A stretch of 64,000 nucleotides of DNA from Clostridiales bacterium. Its GTDB lineage: Bacteria > Bacillota > Clostridia > Oscillospirales > CAG-272. Location: assembly GCA_012837425.1 (NCBI GenBank), contig DURE01000006.1:11462-75461 (forward strand). The letters are read 5' to 3'. How positions within the stretch are numbered: the first letter of the stretch is position 1; the number at the start of each line of letters is the position of its first letter. The notes beneath the pieces were generated by a model. It was not told the origin of the DNA and did not search any database. It worked only from the letters and a program-made list of their open reading frames with translations. The position numbers and the translations under genes are program-made. This document shows positions 1-9,560 of the stretch, one piece after another.

Positions 1-125
1 AAAATGGAGTTTATACAAACTCAAACAGCAACTCGCACTTCTGCAGCCCGTCGCCTTATCCGAGTCTCACCAATTATTTTTTTTTGAATACAATTTATAT
101 ATAGAATACATACCGGAGGTTTCAC

Positions 126-557
126 ATGAGCACAAAAAGCGGGAAGGGTCGATATTTCGAATACTCTGGTATCGGGTATTTAATTGTACGCACAACTACC
201 GCGCGTTCAGCCGTGCCGATCTCGGGCGCGACGGTAACCATAAGGGGCGCCGAGCCTGAGCTGTCGCTTATATTCTTCTCCCTGCAAACCGACAAGAGCG
301 GAATGACCGAAAAGGTCGCCCTTCCCTCCCCCCCGAAAGGCGCCTGTGAGGTCCTCGGCAAGCGGCCTTACAGCCTGTATAATATCGACGTGCATGCCGA
401 CGGCTACCATCCGCAAAGCTATCGTGGCATTCTGATTTTTGACGGCATAACCTCATATCATACAACAGATCTAATCCCCCTGCACGCCTCGGGTTTTGAG
501 GACAACCCGCATGAAAATCCGCAGTCTGCCGGACAGGAACCGCACCGCTTATATTGA
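126..557 (+). CDS. Carboxypeptidase-regulatory-like (prealbumin-like) domain protein resembling the N-terminal region of clostridial spore cortex-lytic enzyme SleC
   Basis: GGAGG RBS before ATG; pattern GYLIVRTTTA..VPISGATVTI..TDKSG.T..VALP.P..PYSLYNI.V..DGY. Confidence 0.6.
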   Translation: MSTKSGKGRYFEYSGIGYLIVRTTTARSAVPISGATVTIRGAEPELSLIFFSLQTDKSGMTEKVALPSPPKGACEVLGKRPYSLYNIDVHADGYHPQSYRGILIFDGITSYHTTDLIPLHASGFEDNPHENPQSAGQEPHRLY

Positions 558-760
558 GGCGAATAATTCAGGTTTGGTCTTGATATATGTCGGGTTAAAA
601 TGTTCTTTGCACCGCTTCCCGATACATAACCCACCGCATCGAAAAAGCGCTCCCGGACAGTTCGGCCTGATGCTAACGCCCTGTGACCGGTAATGAATAT
701 CCGCGACAGGTTAAGTTTATAATAGCTATATTACACCGTCACCAGAGGGAGGATATAGCT

Positions 761-3214
761 GTGTCGAACAGATTTACGCAGAAAGCACAGAATTCTCTAA
801 ACCGGGCGATGCAGAGCGCCAAGGAACTGGGGCACACATATATCGGGTCTGAACATTTGCTCCTCGGACTTGCCGGGGAGAGCGACAGCATTGCCGCAAA
901 GCTTCTTGCCGGGCGGGGAGTCACGCCCGCAAAGCTCAGGCAGACCATAGCCGACTGGGCAGGCACCGGCATTCCGACCTTGCTCTCCCCCTCGGACATG
1001 ACGCCAAAGGTCAAAAACATCATAGAAACCTCGGCTCAGGAATCGATAAAAAACGGACAAAGCTATATCGGAACCGAACACCTTCTGGCAGCCCTGCTGG
1101 CTGAGAGCGACTGTATGGCAATAAGGATTCTCTCGGCCTGCGGGGTATCTGTCGTCGAGCTGAAAAAGGAGCTTGGCAACTTCCTTAACACAATCCCTGG
1201 GAAAAACACACTCAAAGAGCAGCGGGGCCGCGACAGCCTGCGGCACTCGGTGCCGGGCGCGCCTACCATATCAAACTACGGGCGAAATCTCACACAGCTT
1301 GCGCGGCTGGGCATGCTTGACCCGATTATCGGACGCGAGCGCGAGACCCTGCGCGTCATTCAGATTCTCTCAAGGCGCACAAAAAACAATCCCTGCCTCA
1401 TCGGGGAGCCGGGCGTGGGCAAAACCGCGGTGGTCGAGGGACTGGCGCAGAAAATCGCCGACGGCCGAGTCCCTGAAAATCTAAGGGATAAGGTGATTGT
1501 CACGCTTGACATTCCGGCCATGATTGCCGGCGCCAAATACCGCGGCGAGTTTGAGGAGCGGATGAAAAACGTGATGGAGGAGGTTCGGAAAAACGACTTT
1601 ATCATTCTCTTTATCGACGAAATCCATACAATAATCGGCGCCGGCGCCGCCGAGGGCGCGGTTGATGCCGCAAATATCATTAAGCCGGCGCTAGCCCGGA
1701 GCGAGCTGCAGGTTATCGGGGCCACCACTCTTGCCGAATACCGAAAACATATTGAAAAGGACGCCGCGCTTGAGCGCAGATTTCAACCGGTAATGGTGGG
1801 CGAGCCGACGGCCGAGGAGACAATCGCCATTCTGCGCGGGCTGCGCGACAAATACGAGGCCCACCACAAGCTCTCTATATCCGACGACGCCATTGAGGCG
1901 GCGGTCAGGCTGTCGCAGCGCTATATAACCGACCGATTCCTGCCGGATAAAGCGATAGATTTAATCGATGAGGCGGCCTCGGGCTGCCGGATAGCCGCCT
2001 TCTCGGCTCCGCCGGCGCTGTCTGTGGTCAAAGAGCGGCTGGCTTGTATTGTCAGCGAAAAGGAGGAGGCGATAATATCCCAGAATTTCGAGAAGGCCGC
2101 CGCCCTGCGCGACGAGGAACTCAGGCTCAGGCACCGGTTGGACGAAGAAGAAAAAAGCTGGGAGATTGAATCCATCGTAAATAACCCGACGGTCATCGCC
2201 GAGGACATCGAAAGAACGCTGACGCAGTGGACCGGCATACCCGTCTCGCACACCGACGAGGCCGAAAACCTGCGTATACTGGATCTCGACAAAAGGCTTG
2301 GGGAGCGGATAATCGGTCAGGACAAAGCTATTGCCAAAATAGCCGTCGCTATAAGGCGGGGCAGGAGCGGACTGAAGGACCCGCGGCGTCCGGCCGGTTC
2401 CTTTCTTTTCTGCGGCAGGACCGGCGTGGGAAAAACAGAGCTGGCGCGCTCGGTTTCCGAAGAAGTGTTCGGAAAGGATAACTTCATCCGCTTTGATATG
2501 TCCGAATACATGGAAAAGCACAGTATCTCAAAGCTTATCGGCTCGCCGCCGGGATATGTCGGCTACGACGAGGGCGGAAGGCTGACCGAGAGCGTGCGCC
2601 GGCGGCCCTATTCGGTCGTGCTGTTTGACGAAATCGAAAAGGCGCACCCCGATATTTTCAATATCCTCCTTCAAATTCTCGACAACGGCAGGCTGACCGA
2701 CTCGCAGGGGCGGACCTCTGATTTCAGGAATACCATACTAATATTGACCTCAAATATCGGCTTCTCCGCCGCCGAAAAAGCCAACCGGCTCGGTTTCGGA
2801 AACTCACAGACAACAGCGCGGGATGACGAGGAAGAAAGGCAGGTAATGCGGGCAGTCAGCGGGGTCTTCAGGCCCGAATTCCTCAACCGTCTCGATGAAA
2901 TAATTGTATTCAAGCCGCTTACAAATGACGACATAAAGCATATAACCCTGCTGACCCTGCGAGAGGTGGCGGACAGAGCAAAGTCACTCGGCATAAATCT
3001 TGATTTTTCAGACCCGGCAATAGATTTGGTTTCAAAGAAGGGGTATAGCCGGGAGAACGGAGCAAGGAATCTGCGGCGCACGGTGGTGGTCATGGTCGAA
3101 GATAAACTTTCCTCAATGATTCTTGAAGGCAAAATTAAGCCCGGTGACAGCGTGACGGTCACCGCCGGAGAGGAGGCCGGAATAGTCGTCCTGGTAAACC
3201 AAAAACAGGCTTGA
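761..3214 (+). CDS. clpC: ATP-dependent Clp protease ATP-binding subunit ClpC
   Basis: Two Clp_N repeats (GTEHLL/GSEHLL), Walker A motifs GEPGVGKT and [22 protein letters not shown]-like coil, LGF loop; GTG start at 761 after GGAGG. Confidence 0.95.
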   Translation: MSNRFTQKAQNSLNRAMQSAKELGHTYIGSEHLLLGLAGESDSIAAKLLAGRGVTPAKLRQTIADWAGTGIPTLLSPSDMTPKVKNIIETSAQESIKNGQSYIGTEHLLAALLAESDCMAIRILSACGVSVVELKKELGNFLNTIPGKNTLKEQRGRDSLRHSVPGAPTISNYGRNLTQLARLGMLDPIIGRERETLRVIQILSRRTKNNPCLIGEPGVGKTAVVEGLAQKIADGRVPENLRDKVIVTLDIPAMIAGAKYRGEFEERMKNVMEEVRKNDFIILFIDEIHTIIGAGAAEGAVDAANIIKPALARSELQVIGATTLAEYRKHIEKDAALERRFQPVMVGEPTAEETIAILRGLRDKYEAHHKLSISDDAIEAAVRLSQRYITDRFLPDKAIDLIDEAASGCRIAAFSAPPALSVVKERLACIVSEKEEAIISQNFEKAAALRDEELRLRHRLDEEEKSWEIESIVNNPTVIAEDIERTLTQWTGIPVSHTDEAENLRILDLDKRLGERIIGQDKAIAKIAVAIRRGRSGLKDPRRPAGSFLFCGRTGVGKTELARSVSEEVFGKDNFIRFDMSEYMEKHSISKLIGSPPGYVGYDEGGRLTESVRRRPYSVVLFDEIEKAHPDIFNILLQILDNGRLTDSQGRTSDFRNTILILTSNIGFSAAEKANRLGFGNSQTTARDDEEERQVMRAVSGVFRPEFLNRLDEIIVFKPLTNDDIKHITLLTLREVADRAKSLGINLDFSDPAIDLVSKKGYSRENGARNLRRTVVVMVEDKLSSMILEGKIKPGDSVTVTAGEEAGIVVLVNQKQA

Positions 3215-3240
3215 CGCAAAACGCGCAGGCCTGTTTTTTG
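3201..3240 (+). terminator. Intrinsic terminator after clpC
   Basis: aaaacaggc...gcctgtttttt hairpin followed by a T-run. Confidence 0.7.
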
Positions 3241-3242
3241 TG

Positions 3243-3300
3243 CAGGGGCTCCGTCCCGCACCCCCGCTTAAGGATTGCGCGAAGGGTGCTGCCCCCCGCA
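3243..3300 (-). repeat. REP-like intergenic repeat, module A (locus 1)
   Basis: Reverse complement ttaagcgggggtgcgggacggagcccctg matches copies at 7492, 50643, 54407 and 61999. Confidence 0.7.
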
Positions 3301-3368
3301 GGACCGGGCGGGGGCGACAAATCAAGAGCCGCCGGGGCGGTCTGCAAACCTCTCCGGCGGCGATATGC

Positions 3369-3980
3369 TTACCCTCCGGTTATGGCCTTCAAATCAAGCA
3401 GCGATTTTATGTAATGCTCCGCCTTGCAGTCCGGGTAATACCCACCGGGGTCAAAAAGACATCCGGCAATCCCCGCGGCCTGTGCCGCTTCAATATCTAT
3501 GTCGCGGTCTCCTATCATCAGCGCGCGGCGACGGTCTATCCCGCAGGTCTTAACAAGAAAATTCAGCGCATCGGGTGCCGGCTTGCGCGGGAATTTGTAT
3601 GTGGTGCTCTCAAGCACAAAGTCAAAGCAGTCATGTATTCCCATCTTCTCAAGTAGTTTGTAGACAATACTGCCGCTGTGGGTGTATAGGTAGTTCTTCT
3701 TCCCGAGCGCTATGGCAAACCTCAGAATTTCGGGGGCCTCGGGGAAAGCCTGCTGTTCGGCCAGGGCTAATTCTTTCCATATGCTGTGGTATTCCGTGTT
3801 ACAGTCGCTCAGACCGTAGTACCTGAGTGCATGTCCCACCGAGACCTTGAGCTTGCTGTATGTAGTGCTGTAATCAGCCTCCCTGCCCCGCCTGCCCAGC
3901 AGCTCAAGCAGTGCTTTGGTGAAAACCGGATATGTGTCCGATATTGTTCCGTCGAAGTCGTAGATAAGATAATCGTACAT
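3369..3980 (-). CDS. HAD-family hydrolase/phosphatase
   Basis: DFDGT motif I, KP motif III, GDRDID motif IV. Confidence 0.9.
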   Translation of the reverse strand: MYDYLIYDFDGTISDTYPVFTKALLELLGRRGREADYSTTYSKLKVSVGHALRYYGLSDCNTEYHSIWKELALAEQQAFPEAPEILRFAIALGKKNYLYTHSGSIVYKLLEKMGIHDCFDFVLESTTYKFPRKPAPDALNFLVKTCGIDRRRALMIGDRDIDIEAAQAAGIAGCLFDPGGYYPDCKAEHYIKSLLDLKAITGG

Positions 3981-3988
3981 TGTTTAGG

Positions 3989-4579
3989 TTATTTCCTTTT
4001 GTTCTGCTTTTTCATCCTTTTGATTTCTTCCTGCTCGGGGTTGTCCGGTGCAAGGACCCGGGCAAGACCAATATTCTTAGTTCCAAAAATGTAGCTAATT
4101 GTCGAGACCAGCAGCGCCGGCAGGATAATCAGAAAATAAGACCACCAGGCGTCGTTGAGCGGCAGTCCGACAAGCTCGCCGTCTACAATCTCGGTGCCGA
4201 TATCTATGGTCATAATGCCGGCATACATACCCTGCAGCAATATGGCAATCGAGCCGAAGGGCTTTATGGCAGTAGCAAGAATTGCCAGAATAAAGTTCGG
4301 CGTGTTGGCAAGCAGCGACATATAAAGCCCGGTGAGCGGCCTTGACTGCATTCTGCCATGCTCAATTCTAATCCCGTCTCTTGCACCTACCTCCCAGGTC
4401 ATGTAGTAGATGAGGAAAAGGTAAAACAAGACCGCGAAAACGCTTGAGACTACCTGCCAGGTATAGTTCTCGGCCATGCCGAAGGCAAGCGCCAGCACAA
4501 GCCCCAGCAGCGCGATACCGAACTGGTTGAGAAACATTTTCAGAGAGTAGTAGGAGTATTCCTTGAAAAAATTCTTCAT
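3989..4579 (-). CDS. Integral membrane protein of unknown function
   Basis: Several hydrophobic segments, basic C-terminus, ends 8 bp before the HAD gene. Confidence 0.75.
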   Translation of the reverse strand: MKNFFKEYSYYSLKMFLNQFGIALLGLVLALAFGMAENYTWQVVSSVFAVLFYLFLIYYMTWEVGARDGIRIEHGRMQSRPLTGLYMSLLANTPNFILAILATAIKPFGSIAILLQGMYAGIMTIDIGTEIVDGELVGLPLNDAWWSYFLIILPALLVSTISYIFGTKNIGLARVLAPDNPEQEEIKRMKKQNKRK

Positions 4580-4747
4580 ATCCTCACCCTGCCGCCAAAA
4601 GATGATTAAACCAACATTCTGCTTCCCATTATACCCGATTTTTCGGATTTTTGCAATAGCGGCACGGCGAAAAGTTTACATTTCGGTAATCAAATCAGCG
4701 CCTGTATGTTATATAATGATTATACAAAATATACGGGAGGGCACGGC

Positions 4748-5779
4748 ATGGAGAATATTTACGCCGGCAAAACCAAAAAAGAGCTGTCGGATATTCTGCT
4801 TGAATTTTCTTCATACAAAACAGTCATTCAGGGCTGCTCGACCAAAACAGTCGATGAATATCTGCTCGACCTTGCCACCTTCGCGCGGTTTATACTGGCA
4901 AAGCGGGCGGGCATTTCCCCCGAATCCGAGGAGTTTGCCGAAATCGACATTTCCTCGGCCGACGCGGAATTCTTCAAATCTGTAAAGACGCCCGAAATAT
5001 ACGAATTTTTGCTTTATGCCGGGACCGTCAGAAAAAACATGTGGGCGGCAAAAGCCCGCAAGCTCTCGGCAATAAAGGCGCTTTACAAGTTCATGACCAC
5101 CAAGAAAAACATGCAGTTTGAAAATCCGGCAATCAATATCGAATCTCCAAAACCCAAGAAAACATTGCCGAAGTTCCTAACCCTTGACGAGTCGATCTCT
5201 TTGCTTCAAGCGATACAAAATGACAAGAAATCCAAAACAAGGCTGCGCGACTTTGCGATTGTGACATTGTTTCTCAACTGCGGAATGCGGCTCTCCGAGC
5301 TTGTGGGTATCAACTTAAGCGATCTGGACCGCGAGCTGCGCTCGCTGCGGGTGGTCGGCAAGGGCGGCAAGGAGCGGATTGTTTACCTGAATACCGCCTG
5401 CAAAGAGGCGCTCCTTGAGTATCTTAAATGGCGCCTCGGCGTGGACCACGCAAGGCTTGCAACCAAGGCGCTGTTTCTGAGCAACCGCAACCAGCGGATA
5501 AGCGTCAAGACCGTGCAGTGGATGGTCTACAAATACCTTGCTGCCGCCGGGCTCGGCTCCAGGCGCTATTCGGTACATAAGCTGCGCCACACCGCCGCCA
5601 CGCTGATGTACCAGTCGGGCGAGGTCGACCTGCGCGTGCTCAAGGACATTTTAGGCCATGAACAGCTCAACACCACGCAGATATACACACATGTCAGCAA
5701 CGCCGCCATATCCGAGGCAATGGAGAAAAATCCGCTGGCAAATATCAGCTTTGCGCGTCAGGAAAAGCAAAAAGACTGA
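4748..5779 (+). CDS. Tyrosine recombinase, XerC-like
   Basis: Catalytic residues R (GMRLSEL), K (GKGGKER), HKLRH, LGH and Y (TTQIYTHV); GGGAGG RBS before ATG 4748. Confidence 0.92.
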   Translation: MENIYAGKTKKELSDILLEFSSYKTVIQGCSTKTVDEYLLDLATFARFILAKRAGISPESEEFAEIDISSADAEFFKSVKTPEIYEFLLYAGTVRKNMWAAKARKLSAIKALYKFMTTKKNMQFENPAINIESPKPKKTLPKFLTLDESISLLQAIQNDKKSKTRLRDFAIVTLFLNCGMRLSELVGINLSDLDRELRSLRVVGKGGKERIVYLNTACKEALLEYLKWRLGVDHARLATKALFLSNRNQRISVKTVQWMVYKYLAAAGLGSRRYSVHKLRHTAATLMYQSGEVDLRVLKDILGHEQLNTTQIYTHVSNAAISEAMEKNPLANISFARQEKQKD

Positions 5780-5868
5780 TATTTACGCCTGTATCTTCAT
5801 TTTTCTTGTTTTTTATGATATAATTTATCCGGACAGCATAATTACAAACCGAACGAAAGGAGGCCGCC

Positions 5869-7491
5869 ATGCGGCCGCAAAACATGGATTTAACAAATTT
5901 CAGTCTGCTCTACCCCGATGTGGAAACTCAAAGGGCTCACCTCAGCGAAACCGGAATTCCCGATATAAGTATGTATGTGCTCGACGAGTTCGGGCTGCTT
6001 GAGGTCTTCGACCTGAAAAATACAAGGCTCTCGGATTACTTTACAAGCGACCCCGCCGTCATGAGGTATCGGATGGATGCCTTTGACGACATGCTGAAAA
6101 ACCCGCTCATAGCCAGGACCCTAAATCGCCTGGTCCCGATACTGAGCGACATATTCGAGCTGCGCCGGCTTGAGGAGGACAGCGGCGGCGAGGAGGCTAT
6201 CTCATATCTATCGAGTCTGACCGAGATAGAGCTGTATATTTCAAGCGTTGAGACGCTTCACTCGGGATTTGCGCAGGTGCGCAAAAACCTTAGGAGCCGC
6301 GCTTTCACAACCCTTGCCGACCGGATTATCGAGCTTGCCGAGAGCGATTATTACATGGAGCTCAACGAAAAGCTAAGCGCGCTCACCGCCCGGGTAAGGG
6401 ATATTAAGAGTGTCACAATCGGGGTTAATCTCGACGCGCAGCTCCGACCGGCCGAGGCCGGCGTTCTCTCGATTAATCCCGAGCCCTTCCGTTCGGGCGA
6501 TGTGCTCGAGAAGATACTGCGGCTCAATTTCAAGGACGACGAGTATACATGTATTGCAAACATTGTTCCCTTCGGGAAAAAACAGACCGAAAATCAGAAG
6601 ATGGCCCTGAAACTTGCCTTTAATTCGGCTATCAACGAGGTTTATAAGTCCTCGCTTCGGTCCTGGAAGAAGATTGTTCACGAATATGTGCTCTCAAACA
6701 CCGACTTTTTGCTTAACCTCATGCCCGAAATCGAGTTTTTCGTCAAGGGCGCTGCGTTTATGCAGCGGCTGCTTGAGCGGGACTGCAGTCTTTGCAGGCC
6801 CGAAATAGCCCCGGCTGGCGAGCGCGTCTTTGTGGCCAAGGGATTGTATAATCCCTGTGTTGCGCTTAAAATTGAGGACGAAATTGTCTCAAACGACGCG
6901 GAGTTCGACGACACCTCGCGGATATTTATCCTGACCGGGCCAAACCGGGGAGGAAAGTCGGTTCATACCTGCGCTGTGGGGCTGGCGCAGGCTATGATGC
7001 AGCTTGGCATGTTTGTCCCGGCCGAGAGCGCCAGAATCAGCCCGGCCGACGCCGTTTTTACCCATTTCACCACCGGCGCCGACGACACTATCGACAAAGG
7101 GCGGCTGGGCGAGGAGTGCTCCCGCCTACGAGATATATTCGACAAGGTGACGCCGCTGAGCCTGGTGCTGCTCGACGAGTCCTTCTCCTCGACCGGCGCA
7201 TACGAGGCGGCCTATATCGCCGCCGAGGTGCTCGCCGCCTTCAGCCGGGTGCAGTGCAGGTGCCTCTTCTCAACCCACCTGCATGAGCTTGCCGCCCGCA
7301 TCGACGAAATAAACGCCCGCGCCCGGGCCGACGGCGGGAGCTTTATCGACACGCTCGTGGCCGGAATCGAGGGCGAGGGCAGGCGCTCATTTAAAATATA
7401 CCGCGCCAAGCCCGACGGCAAGAGCTATGCCCGCGATATAGCCGAAAAATACGGCCTGACCTACGAGGAGATTATTAAACGTTTTGTATAA
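5869..7491 (+). CDS. MutS-related ATPase containing domain V but no mismatch-recognition or Smr domain
   Basis: LTGPNRGGKS Walker A, LVLLDES Walker B, STHLHEL, SYA helix-turn-helix; AAAGGAGG RBS. Confidence 0.85.
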   Translation: MRPQNMDLTNFSLLYPDVETQRAHLSETGIPDISMYVLDEFGLLEVFDLKNTRLSDYFTSDPAVMRYRMDAFDDMLKNPLIARTLNRLVPILSDIFELRRLEEDSGGEEAISYLSSLTEIELYISSVETLHSGFAQVRKNLRSRAFTTLADRIIELAESDYYMELNEKLSALTARVRDIKSVTIGVNLDAQLRPAEAGVLSINPEPFRSGDVLEKILRLNFKDDEYTCIANIVPFGKKQTENQKMALKLAFNSAINEVYKSSLRSWKKIVHEYVLSNTDFLLNLMPEIEFFVKGAAFMQRLLERDCSLCRPEIAPAGERVFVAKGLYNPCVALKIEDEIVSNDAEFDDTSRIFILTGPNRGGKSVHTCAVGLAQAMMQLGMFVPAESARISPADAVFTHFTTGADDTIDKGRLGEECSRLRDIFDKVTPLSLVLLDESFSSTGAYEAAYIAAEVLAAFSRVQCRCLFSTHLHELAARIDEINARARADGGSFIDTLVAGIEGEGRRSFKIYRAKPDGKSYARDIAEKYGLTYEEIIKRFV

Positions 7492-7712
7492 GTGTGGGGC
7501 GCTGCCTCACACCCCGCTTAAAACTTTTCAAAAAATAATCCCTAATTATGCAGCGCGGGCCTCACATCCCGCGCTTTGCTGCCATTTGTTCACTGTCTGG
7601 CTTGAGTGAGGACGCGCGGGGTGCCGCTCCACATCCCGCGCTTTGCTGCCTGTAGCCTACTGACTGACATGGGAAAGCAGCGCTCGATCCCGGCGCGCCT
7701 GGCCGTCGCGCT
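7492..7712 (-). repeat. Composite intergenic repeat, modules A+B+B+C (locus 2)
   Basis: Exact 21-bp direct repeat cacatcccgcgctttgctgcc at 7563-7583 and 7630-7650; reverse-complement similarity to 50514-50670 and 54281-54433. Confidence 0.85.
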
Positions 7713-8048
7713 CTCGGAGCGCGACGAGCGAGAGCGGCGCTGAGGGGCCGAGCGCTCTTCAAGGGCATAAATGCACTTCGTCCTGCGAATACAAGCACCC
7801 CCCGCGTAGGTGGTTGACAGTACACCTTTATTCGACACCACTCAACTTAGACAAACCGGGCGTATAACATCGACGTGTCAGCCAGTTTGCCGGTGTCTTT
7901 ATGGCGAGCCCTTTATAAGCCGCCGCGCTGTGTGTGCGGCGGCAGAGGTGTGGGGTTCTCAGGGTGGGAACCTAGGTTTCCACCAGAGCGTGTTTCTTTG
8001 GTTCGTTTCTTTGCACGTGCAAAGAAATGAACCAATTAATCTTATTAA

Positions 8049-8084
8049 TATAACACCCGGCGAGCAATTCGCGCGGGTGTTATT
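8049..8084 (-). terminator. Hairpin/terminator downstream of glyQS
   Basis: ataacacccg...cgggtgttat inverted repeat with AT-rich flanks. Confidence 0.6.
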
Positions 8085-8099
8085 ATACATCGTTTTATA

Positions 8100-9497
8100 T
8101 CAATAAAAGAGCTTTTCAGACAAATAATCCTTGAGTTGTGATATAGGAATCCTCACCTGCTCCATTGTATCGCGCTCGCGTACGGTCACGCAACCGTCGG
8201 TCTGCGAATCAAAATCATAGGTCACACAGAAGGGCGTGCCTATTTCATCTTGACGGCGGTACCTTTTGCCAATCGAGCCGCTCTCGTCATACTCCACCGT
8301 AAAATAGCGCGCCAGCCCGTCGGCAATAGGCCCGGCGGCCTCACCCAGCTTCTTTGAGAGCGGCAGCACCGCCACCTTGACCGGTGAGAGGAAAGGGTGC
8401 AGCCGCAGGACGACACGGATGTCGTTTTTCTCGGCGTCAACCACTTCTTCGTCGTAGGCATCAACCAAAAAGGCCAGCGCCGCGCGCTCGACGCCGAGTG
8501 AAGGTTCTATGACATAAGGCACGTATTTTGTGCCGTCGTCGGGGTCGAAGTACTCAAGCGACTCACCGCTGTGCTCCATATGCCGCCCGAGGTCGTAGTC
8601 CGTCCTGTCGGCGATACCCCAAAGCTCGCCCCAGCCGAAGGGGAAGAGATACTCAAAGTCGGTGGTCGCCTTTGAGTAGAAGCTCAGCTCCTCGGGGCTG
8701 TGGTCGCGCAGGCGCAGATTTTCCTTTTTTATGCCGAGGTCGAGCAGAAACCTCTCACAATAGTCGCGCCAGTATGAAAACCATTCAAGGTCGGTGCCGG
8801 GCTTGCAGAAAAACTCAAGCTCCATCTGCTCAAACTCGCGGGTGCGAAAGATAAAATTGCCAGGGGTAATCTCGTTGCGGAAGGCCTTGCCTTTCTGGCA
8901 GACGCCGAAAGGCAGTTTCTTTCGGGTGGTTCTCTGAATGTTTTTGAAGTTGACAAAAATTCCCTGCGCGGTCTCGGGGCGCAGATAAAGCTCGGAACCC
9001 GAATCCTCGGTAACGCCCTGATAGGTTTTGAACATCAGATTGAATTTGCGGACATCTGTAAAATCGGTGGCGCCGCAATCAGGGCAGGCAATTCCGTTCT
9101 CTCTTATATAGGCGGCAAGCTGCTCGTTGGTCCAGCCGGCCGGATTTATGTCAAGGCTGTTTGCCGCAGCAAAATCCTCGATAAGCTTGTCAGCCCTGTG
9201 CCGAGTTTTGCAGGTTTTGCAGTCCATGAGCGGGTCCGAAAAGCCGCCGACATGCCCCGAGGCCACCCAGGTTTCGGGGTTCATGATAATCGCGCTGTCA
9301 AGTCCGACATTGTATTTGCATTCCTGAACGAATTTTTTCCACCATGCCCGCTTGACGTTGTTCTTCAGTTCAACCCCCAGCGGCCCGAAGTCCCACGAGT
9401 TGGCCAGCCCGCCGTATATCTCTGAGCCCGGGTAGACAAAACCCCGGTTTTTGCACATGGCCACTATTTTGTCCATTGTTTTTGCTTGGTTGTCCAT
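8100..9497 (-). CDS. glyQS: Glycine--tRNA ligase, homodimeric (alpha2) type
   Basis: [50 protein letters not shown]. Confidence 0.96.
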   Translation of the reverse strand: MDNQAKTMDKIVAMCKNRGFVYPGSEIYGGLANSWDFGPLGVELKNNVKRAWWKKFVQECKYNVGLDSAIIMNPETWVASGHVGGFSDPLMDCKTCKTRHRADKLIEDFAAANSLDINPAGWTNEQLAAYIRENGIACPDCGATDFTDVRKFNLMFKTYQGVTEDSGSELYLRPETAQGIFVNFKNIQRTTRKKLPFGVCQKGKAFRNEITPGNFIFRTREFEQMELEFFCKPGTDLEWFSYWRDYCERFLLDLGIKKENLRLRDHSPEELSFYSKATTDFEYLFPFGWGELWGIADRTDYDLGRHMEHSGESLEYFDPDDGTKYVPYVIEPSLGVERAALAFLVDAYDEEVVDAEKNDIRVVLRLHPFLSPVKVAVLPLSKKLGEAAGPIADGLARYFTVEYDESGSIGKRYRRQDEIGTPFCVTYDFDSQTDGCVTVRERDTMEQVRIPISQLKDYLSEKLFY

Positions 9498-9528
9498 CTT
9501 ATAAAACTCCTTGTATGCGATGAGGTAA

Positions 9529-9557
9529 ATTATACAGTATTGCCGGCCCTAAATCAA
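9529..9557 (-). promoter_or_regulatory. sigma-A promoter for glyQS
   Basis: TTGATT-17 nt-TATAAT on the - strand, 31 nt upstream of ATG. Confidence 0.65.
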
Positions 9558-9560
9558 GTG

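Noticed and set aside
4700-4735. AT-rich palindrome (TATAA-TGA-TTATA) upstream of the recombinase as a dif-like site
   Set aside because: Spacer is 3 bp rather than 6, there is no XerD arm TTATGTTAAA, and it coincides with a probable -10 element
7563-7650. 21-bp direct repeat pair as a mini CRISPR array
   Set aside because: Only two copies, part of a dispersed repeat family, and no cas genes or leader
7562-8106. Short ORFs at 7562-7825, 7590-7841 and 7810-8106
   Set aside because: They are translations of palindromic repeat DNA, with no RBS or family motif
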